This document shows, in pieces, positions 27,285-32,971 of a DNA stretch of 32,971 nucleotides. Made by a program: the position numbers and the translations under genes. The notes beneath the pieces are model-generated. The model searched no databases. It saw only the letters and a program-made list of their open reading frames with translations, and had not been told where the DNA came from. Within the stretch, counting starts at the first letter, position 1, and each line of letters opens with the position of its first letter. Origin of the DNA: a virus (lineage: Duplodnaviria; Caudoviricetes); IMG/VR virus record IMGVR_UViG_3300022923_000057, positions 1 through 32,971 of that record. One strand, written 5' to 3'.

Positions 27285-29774
27285 ATGCCAATTGCGAAAA
27301 GTAAACCGCTTAAACTCCAAAGTCCGGATCAAGGCGATTTAAAGAGATTAAGTAGTACCGAAGAAAACTATCTGTCATATCTGGTAGGAACTCATCTTGT
27401 CGAAACAAGTAGCGATATCGGTGATATTACGCTTACTTCGACAGGCAATACTTCTATTGGCTCTCATTTAGATACTTTCTTTAATCAGGCGATAGGTACA
27501 CACCCAGGCTCTTCGATCACTTCAGGAACAACGGAGACCACCCTCTATCAGGTTGCGGGAACTGCATCCGAAACCGATTCGGACTTCCGTAAACCAGTCT
27601 CATACTATAATCCTCCGACAGACGGGCCTACCAGTCTATTGGAGGGTGTGCATGAGATGGCAGATTCAGACATGAACCGTTTGGTTGACCGTCTCAACGG
27701 CCGTATCGCACTATCTGATTATATTGGTCAATATAAACTTGGTTCTTCTTCGCCTGGCGGAGACTACACCACACACATATCTAACGTGTTCTCTGATACT
27801 CTCAATAGTGGACTTGTTGCTAATTATAACATATATCGTAGAACAACGCAAGCACAACCTACCAGTATTTTAGACAGTGATGGTACTGTAACCGCACTCA
27901 TGTCTATTAAGAGAAGTAGCGGCCGCACAGGAACATATCAGGGTGTTGAACGGATGACGAACCGACAGATGAAAATCTCGTTGGGTCAACGTGCGAAGAC
28001 TAGACGTGCAATTGCAGATAGTATTGGGTCTTATCAATTAAGGTCAAGTTCTCAGGGCGCACCTCTGACGGGTTCTTGGAGAGCCGTTGGTACTGCGACT
28101 GACACTAAACAAATCTTGGAAGAGACTGCATATACTCGTACAAGAGTTTCGACTTACAATAGAGACCGAGCTTCAACCTATACTCGTGTATCGACACGCA
28201 CCAGTACTAGAGACTTTGCTGGAGATTATGTAGGTAACTACTCAAGAACGTTTGAAGGTAATTATAACAGAACCTTCGTGGGTAATTATGTAGGCGACTT
28301 CATTGGTAACTACACCCGAACCAGACTCTCCATTTATAACAGAACCAGAACTTCTGCATACACTGGTGACTATGTTGGTAACTACACTAGACTCTTTGGT
28401 GGTAACTATACCAGAGGCTTCCTTGGAGAATATGCCAGAAACTTTGCGGGTGACTACACAGGCAATTACTCTAGAAACTTCGAAGGTAATTATTCTCGTG
28501 CTTTTACTCGGACTAGAGCTTCTAATTATACCAGAACGTCAACCAGAACGTCAACCCGCACAAGAACTTCTGCATATGCTGGTGATTTTGTTGGTAACTA
28601 TGGTCGTTCTTTCACAGGGAATTACAGTCGTGGTTTTGTAGGAAACTATGGTAGAACCAGAGTATCCTCTTATTCCCGAAACTTTGCAGGAAACTTTTTA
28701 GGCGAATATACACGTACATCAACACGTACATCGACAAGAGATTTCACCAGAGATGCGATTTACCCTGACTATACTCGCACAAGTGTCCGTGATGGGTACT
28801 ACTTTAGATTTGGAAACCCCGATACTTGGTCTGAAGTTCAGACCTTTATCGGCCCTGCTTATTATACGGGTAACTATACATTATCTCCTAGCTTTATAGG
28901 TAATTATACTACAGTTAGGTCTTCTGCTGTACAGTATGGTAGACTTATATTTTATATACAAGGCCCAGATAACGTAGATGCCGAAGGATTTCCTATCGGC
29001 AATATGTACAGTCGTTTTTTGTACTATGCCAGAACAGCATTCTACACTGGTAACTATACAAGAACCAGCATTACTTCTTTTACGGGTAACTACTTAGGAG
29101 ACTATGCTGGTAACTTTTTAGGTGATTACACTCGTACATCAACACGTACAAGAACGTCCGGTTATAGTAGAAACTTCGTAGGTAATTATAGTAGAACCAG
29201 AAATTCAGCATACTCACGCACCAGAAACTCAACGTACACACGTACCTCAACCCGAACAAGTTCTACAGATTTTGTTGGAGACTTTGCGGGTAACTTTGTT
29301 GGTGATTATGCTAGGGACTTTGTTGGTAACTATTCACGATCATATACCAGAACAAGAGTCTCGGCCTACACCAGAAACTCTACTCGGACACGTCCCTCTA
29401 CATATTCAAGAACAAGAGTCTCTGCCTATACTCGTGGACGGGCATCCGCATACTCAAGAACCAGAATTACTGACTACTCACGTGATTTTATCGGGGATTA
29501 CTCTAGAGGTTTCTTGGGGAACTACACAAGAAACTCACTAAATACCTTTAGTCGAGATCGTGTATCTGCATACTCCAGAAATAGAGACTCCACATATGCC
29601 AGAACGAGCACACGAACAAGGGTTTCCAGTTATGCAGGAGACTTTACTGGTGATTATGCTAGAACCTTTGTCGGAAATTATTCCAGAAGTTTCTTAGGAA
29701 ACTACGTTGGAACCACGATTGGTTCTTCCACTTCAGTCATTGAAACGTACACCTTGTATGTTCGATATGCATAA
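27285..29774 (+). CDS. Putative virion fibre/appendage protein with mirror-complementary tetrapeptide repeats (paralog 1)
   Basis: ~282-aa non-repetitive N-terminal domain, 52 tetrapeptide units, a 112-aa centre, 52 mirror units and a 19-aa tail. Function inferred from genomic context only. Confidence 0.7.
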   Translation: MPIAKSKPLKLQSPDQGDLKRLSSTEENYLSYLVGTHLVETSSDIGDITLTSTGNTSIGSHLDTFFNQAIGTHPGSSITSGTTETTLYQVAGTASETDSDFRKPVSYYNPPTDGPTSLLEGVHEMADSDMNRLVDRLNGRIALSDYIGQYKLGSSSPGGDYTTHISNVFSDTLNSGLVANYNIYRRTTQAQPTSILDSDGTVTALMSIKRSSGRTGTYQGVERMTNRQMKISLGQRAKTRRAIADSIGSYQLRSSSQGAPLTGSWRAVGTATDTKQILEETAYTRTRVSTYNRDRASTYTRVSTRTSTRDFAGDYVGNYSRTFEGNYNRTFVGNYVGDFIGNYTRTRLSIYNRTRTSAYTGDYVGNYTRLFGGNYTRGFLGEYARNFAGDYTGNYSRNFEGNYSRAFTRTRASNYTRTSTRTSTRTRTSAYAGDFVGNYGRSFTGNYSRGFVGNYGRTRVSSYSRNFAGNFLGEYTRTSTRTSTRDFTRDAIYPDYTRTSVRDGYYFRFGNPDTWSEVQTFIGPAYYTGNYTLSPSFIGNYTTVRSSAVQYGRLIFYIQGPDNVDAEGFPIGNMYSRFLYYARTAFYTGNYTRTSITSFTGNYLGDYAGNFLGDYTRTSTRTRTSGYSRNFVGNYSRTRNSAYSRTRNSTYTRTSTRTSSTDFVGDFAGNFVGDYARDFVGNYSRSYTRTRVSAYTRNSTRTRPSTYSRTRVSAYTRGRASAYSRTRITDYSRDFIGDYSRGFLGNYTRNSLNTFSRDRVSAYSRNRDSTYARTSTRTRVSSYAGDFTGDYARTFVGNYSRSFLGNYVGTTIGSSTSVIETYTLYVRYA
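28131..29714 (+). repeat. Coding 12-nt-period degenerate repeat (units [YF]xRx, [FY]xG[NDE], [RS]xxx) arranged as two mirror arms, 28131-28754 and 29091-29714
   Basis: Parsed by hand from the translation; both arms are exactly 624 nt. Confidence 0.9.
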
Positions 29775-29777
29775 ATA
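29770..29777 (+). promoter_or_regulatory. Candidate late promoter CATAAATA
   Basis: One mismatch from consensus, overlapping the stop codon of the preceding gene, 34 nt upstream of the ATG at 29812. Confidence 0.5.
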
Positions 29778-29811
29778 GAGGAAGAACTAACGATATGGAT
29801 GAGAAATTTTA

Positions 29812-32800
29812 ATGTCTTCGAACATACCACTAAAACTAGAAGGAACGAATGGCGATCTTCAGGAGATGACCTCTACTGAAGAGAACTATTTGGCCTATGT
29901 GGTTGGTAAGGATAACCTAGTAGGAACATCCAATGATGTGAGTGACATCACACTGACATCTGCTGGCAACACAACCATTGGTTCATATGTAGATACGTTT
30001 TACAATCAAGCGGTTGGGACACACCCTGCCTCTTCGATTACTGGCGGATCAACCACAACGACTGTTTACCAGACTGCGGGAACGAAGACACCCTCATCTG
30101 GTTCTTTGCGTCCTGTTGGTTATACGACTGTTAGTTCAACACCAAGTTTATACGAAATGAATGACTCGGACATGAATGTCCTTGCAAGAAGACTTAACTC
30201 TCGTATCGCAACTTCCGACTATCCTGGCGTATTCAAACTCGGATCGTCTTCGCCTGGCGGAGATTATGCAGCACACATTGCCGGTGTCTTTACTGATACA
30301 CAGACCGATGGTACAAGTGTAACATACAACATTTATCAGAGAAATGCAATGACTGCACCAACTACGGTCAGACCTATTGGTCTTCGTAGTGATGGTGATA
30401 CTCAAGAGATGGCGGATTCAGACATCTCTGATAGTATTGGTGCGTTCGTAAGAAATATTCGTGCAACGGCTGGTGAGATTGGTTCTTATCAGTTGCGTTC
30501 TGCTTCGCAGGGTGCACCTACAGATGCTGGTACGTGGACTGCGGTAGGTACTGCCACAGACACTAAGAAAGACACAGCTGAGACATCATACACTAGAACA
30601 CGTACCTCAGCTTATACTAGAAACCGTGCATCGACATACACAAGGGATCGTGTTTCTACCTACACAAGAAACTCGACACGTACTCGCACGTCAAGTTATC
30701 TTGGGGATTATATCGGGGATTACACTCGTGGGTTTATCGGAAACTACAGCCGAGACTTTGCGGGGGATTATGTCGGGGACTATGTTGGTAACTATGCCAG
30801 AACTCGCACATCAACATACACCAGAAATAGAGTAACCAACTTTGCCGGTAACTTTATTGGCGACTATACTCGCACACGTGTTTCATCTTATACTAGAGAT
30901 CGTGTTACCAACTTCACTCGTGATCGTGTTTCTACCTATAATAGAACAAGAACCTCTACGTATTCAAGAACTCGCATCACCGATTATGTTGGCGACTTCA
31001 TTGGTAACTACACCAGAGACAGAATTTCTACCTACTCAAGAACTCGTGTATCATCTTATGCGGGTGATTATGTAGGTAATTATAGTCGTGCATTCCTTGG
31101 GAATTACTCTAGAGATTTCGCAGGTAACTACGCAAGAGATTTTGCAGGCGACTATCTTGGTAACTATGCAAGAACTTCTACTAGGGATTCTACTCTAGGT
31201 AGAGATTCTACTTATTCAAGAACGTCAACTCGTACAAGAGTTTCAACTTACACAAGAACACGTGCAACCAACTATCAACGCACACGTAATTCAGCTTACA
31301 CAAGAAATTCGACTCGTACCAGAACTTCGACTTATACCCGTGACAGAGTAACTAACTTTGCTGGTAACTTCGTAGGCAACTATGCGAGAAACTTTGCAGG
31401 CGACTTTGTGGGTAACTACGCCCGTGGATTCTTGGGTAACTATGTTGGTAACTTTGTGGGTAACTACACTCGCACGGGTTATTATGCCGGTGACTTTGTT
31501 GGAGAATATTCTCGTACAAGAACTGCTACGGGTGATTATACTCGTAACAGTACACGTACAAGTACACCAACCGGAAACTATCAAAGAACCAGAACTGCAA
31601 CAGGTACGTATACTCGTACCTCTACCAGAACAAGTACTCCGACTGGCACATACACTCGTACAAGAACTGCAACGGGTACGTATACTCGTGTATCGACACG
31701 TACAAGAACTGCAACGGGTGATTATACTCGTGTTAGAGCGGCAACGGGTACGTATACTCGGGCCCGTGCTGCAGGGGTTGCGTATACTCGCAACCGTGTT
31801 GGTGCGGTGGCTTATACCAGAACCAGAGTTGCTACGACTAGTTACACAAGAACTCAGAACTACGCCCGAACACTGTATTATGTTCGGTTTAATAATAACC
31901 CTTATGAACCAGACGTTTTAACTTATACTAGTATTGGATATTATGCACGGACAACTAGTTACAACAGATCGGCATCATATACGGGTAACTACTCTCGTAA
32001 CGTAACGTATGCGGGTAACTATGCGAGAACTGTGTACTACACTGGAAACTACACGAGAACCCTGTACTACACAGGTAACTACACGAGAACTCTATACTAC
32101 GCTGGTGACTTTACGGGTAACTATCAAAGAACCCTGTACTACGCTGGAAACTACACGAGAACTCTATACTACGCTGGTGACTTCGTGGGTAACTACACGA
32201 GAACTCTGTACTACGTTGGTGATTATACCCGTACTCTATACTACGCTGGTGACTTTACAGGTAACTATACGAGAACCCTGTACTACGTTGGTGATTACGC
32301 AAGAACGTCTACACGAACATCTACACCAACATTAGATTACACACGTACTCGTGCAACTGATTATACGAGAAACAGAAGTTCAGCTTATACTCGCACATCA
32401 ACTCGTACTCGTGGTTCTGCATATACCCGTGACAGAGTAACTGACTTTGCCGGTAACTTTGCGGGTAACTACGCAAGAAACTTTGCTGGTGATTACACAG
32501 GCAATTACTCTCGTGGATTCCTTGGTGATTATGTGGGTAACTTCGTAGGTAACTATGCGAGAAACTTCGCAGGCGATTATGTGGGTAACTATTCTAGAAG
32601 TTTCCTTGGCAACTTCGCAGGTAACTTTGTGGGTGAATACACAAGAACATCCCTAAGAACTCGTACTTCTTCCTACAACCGAACAAGAACTTCAGCATAC
32701 ACCAGAAGCAGAACATCTGCTTACGCAAGGACATCTACCCGTACAAGTACGAGCGACTTCCTTGGTGAATACACTCGTGGGTTCTTGGGTAACTACACAA

Positions 32801-32970
32801 GAAACAGTCTTAATACATTTACTGGCAATTTCTTGGGTAACTATTCACGAGACTTTGCTGGAAACTACTCAAGAACATTCACAGGCGATTACTTGGGTAA
32901 CTTCATCGGTAACTATACCCGTGGATTCCTTGGGGAGTATACTCGTGATCGTGTGACTGACTTTGCCGGT
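29812..32970 (+). CDS. Mirror-complementary repeat protein, paralog 2 (>1053 aa, truncated by the window end)
   Basis: Not in the ORF track. Begins MSSNIPLKLEGTNGDLQEMTSTEENYLAY. The N-terminal domain is clearly paralogous to 27285..29774 (PLKL..GDL..STEENYL.Y, DTF.NQA.GTHP.SSIT, IGSYQLRS.SQGAP, W.AVGTATDTK). The frame is open to the end of the window. Confidence 0.85.
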   Translation, partial: MSSNIPLKLEGTNGDLQEMTSTEENYLAYVVGKDNLVGTSNDVSDITLTSAGNTTIGSYVDTFYNQAVGTHPASSITGGSTTTTVYQTAGTKTPSSGSLRPVGYTTVSSTPSLYEMNDSDMNVLARRLNSRIATSDYPGVFKLGSSSPGGDYAAHIAGVFTDTQTDGTSVTYNIYQRNAMTAPTTVRPIGLRSDGDTQEMADSDISDSIGAFVRNIRATAGEIGSYQLRSASQGAPTDAGTWTAVGTATDTKKDTAETSYTRTRTSAYTRNRASTYTRDRVSTYTRNSTRTRTSSYLGDYIGDYTRGFIGNYSRDFAGDYVGDYVGNYARTRTSTYTRNRVTNFAGNFIGDYTRTRVSSYTRDRVTNFTRDRVSTYNRTRTSTYSRTRITDYVGDFIGNYTRDRISTYSRTRVSSYAGDYVGNYSRAFLGNYSRDFAGNYARDFAGDYLGNYARTSTRDSTLGRDSTYSRTSTRTRVSTYTRTRATNYQRTRNSAYTRNSTRTRTSTYTRDRVTNFAGNFVGNYARNFAGDFVGNYARGFLGNYVGNFVGNYTRTGYYAGDFVGEYSRTRTATGDYTRNSTRTSTPTGNYQRTRTATGTYTRTSTRTSTPTGTYTRTRTATGTYTRVSTRTRTATGDYTRVRAATGTYTRARAAGVAYTRNRVGAVAYTRTRVATTSYTRTQNYARTLYYVRFNNNPYEPDVLTYTSIGYYARTTSYNRSASYTGNYSRNVTYAGNYARTVYYTGNYTRTLYYTGNYTRTLYYAGDFTGNYQRTLYYAGNYTRTLYYAGDFVGNYTRTLYYVGDYTRTLYYAGDFTGNYTRTLYYVGDYARTSTRTSTPTLDYTRTRATDYTRNRSSAYTRTSTRTRGSAYTRDRVTDFAGNFAGNYARNFAGDYTGNYSRGFLGDYVGNFVGNYARNFAGDYVGNYSRSFLGNFAGNFVGEYTRTSLRTRTSSYNRTRTSAYTRSRTSAYARTSTRTSTSDFLGEYTRGFLGNYTRNSLNTFTGNFLGNYSRDFAGNYSRTFTGDYLGNFIGNYTRGFLGEYTRDRVTDFAG
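30589..32970 (+). repeat. Coding tetrapeptide repeat with mirror symmetry about the loop at 31891-31923
   Basis: Hand translation and unit-by-unit alignment. Includes a perfect 35-bp direct repeat at 32077-32111 and 32149-32183. Confidence 0.9.
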
Positions 32971-32971
32971 G

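Noticed and set aside
28755-31923. Diversity-generating retroelement acting on the tip loops
   Set aside because: No reverse transcriptase and no template-repeat/variable-repeat pair differing at adenines were seen in this window. One elsewhere in the genome cannot be excluded.
32030-32300. Near-identical 30-42-nt repeats resembling a CRISPR array
   Set aside because: No unique spacers, all lengths are multiples of 3 and variation is mostly synonymous; these are coding repeats (YTRTLYYxG).
28303-32956. Alternate-frame ORFs in the repeat region (e.g. 28303..28641, 31382..31921, 32009..32335)
   Set aside because: Shadow frames of the repeat proteins, open only because the repeated codons lack stops.
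28131-32971. DNA-level inverted repeat or RNA hairpin as the cause of the protein mirror symmetry
   Set aside because: Codons of paired units are not reverse complements (e.g. AGA GTT TCG ACT versus TTC TTA GGA AAC); the symmetry appears only after translation.
1-32971. tRNA/rRNA genes, introns, inteins, homing endonucleases, integrases and intrinsic terminators
   Set aside because: Intergenic gaps are all under ~50 bp and I saw no such motifs or convincing GC hairpin plus T-tract. The gp4 nuclease fold is a normal head-completion gene, not a mobile element.

Overview
A 33-kb piece of the virion-structure (baseplate, neck and fibre) region of a large T4-like myophage. It is densely coding. 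A leftward operon (gp4, a sulfotransferase-like gene, gp2, gp54/gp19-like, gp26, gp51-like, gp29-like running off the left edge) diverges from a rightward block: gp48, gp53, hub, a gp5 region split over several genes, gp25, gp6, gp7, gp9/10-like, gp8, a 1907-aa VrlC-like protein, a fibre protein and two paralogous Y/T/R/G/N-rich repeat proteins, the second running off the right edge and missing from the ORF track. T4-type late promoters (TATAAATA) precede several genes. The most striking observation is that the two repeat proteins are 'reverse-complement palindromes' at the amino-acid level. Their tetrapeptide units pair in mirror order about a central loop by a consistent code: [FY]xG[NDE] opposite [RS]xxx, [YF]xRx opposite [YF]xRx, and dipeptide inserts opposite dipeptide inserts. 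One of them has a branched two-loop tip resembling an RNA three-way junction. Other points of interest are a T-TTT-TTA slippery site that could fuse gp26 to gp51 by -1 frameshift, three apparently inactivated cell-wall-hydrolase domains around the split gp5, and Asp-Ser motif enrichment in the outer virion proteins. All family assignments come from motif recognition and synteny; no database search was run.
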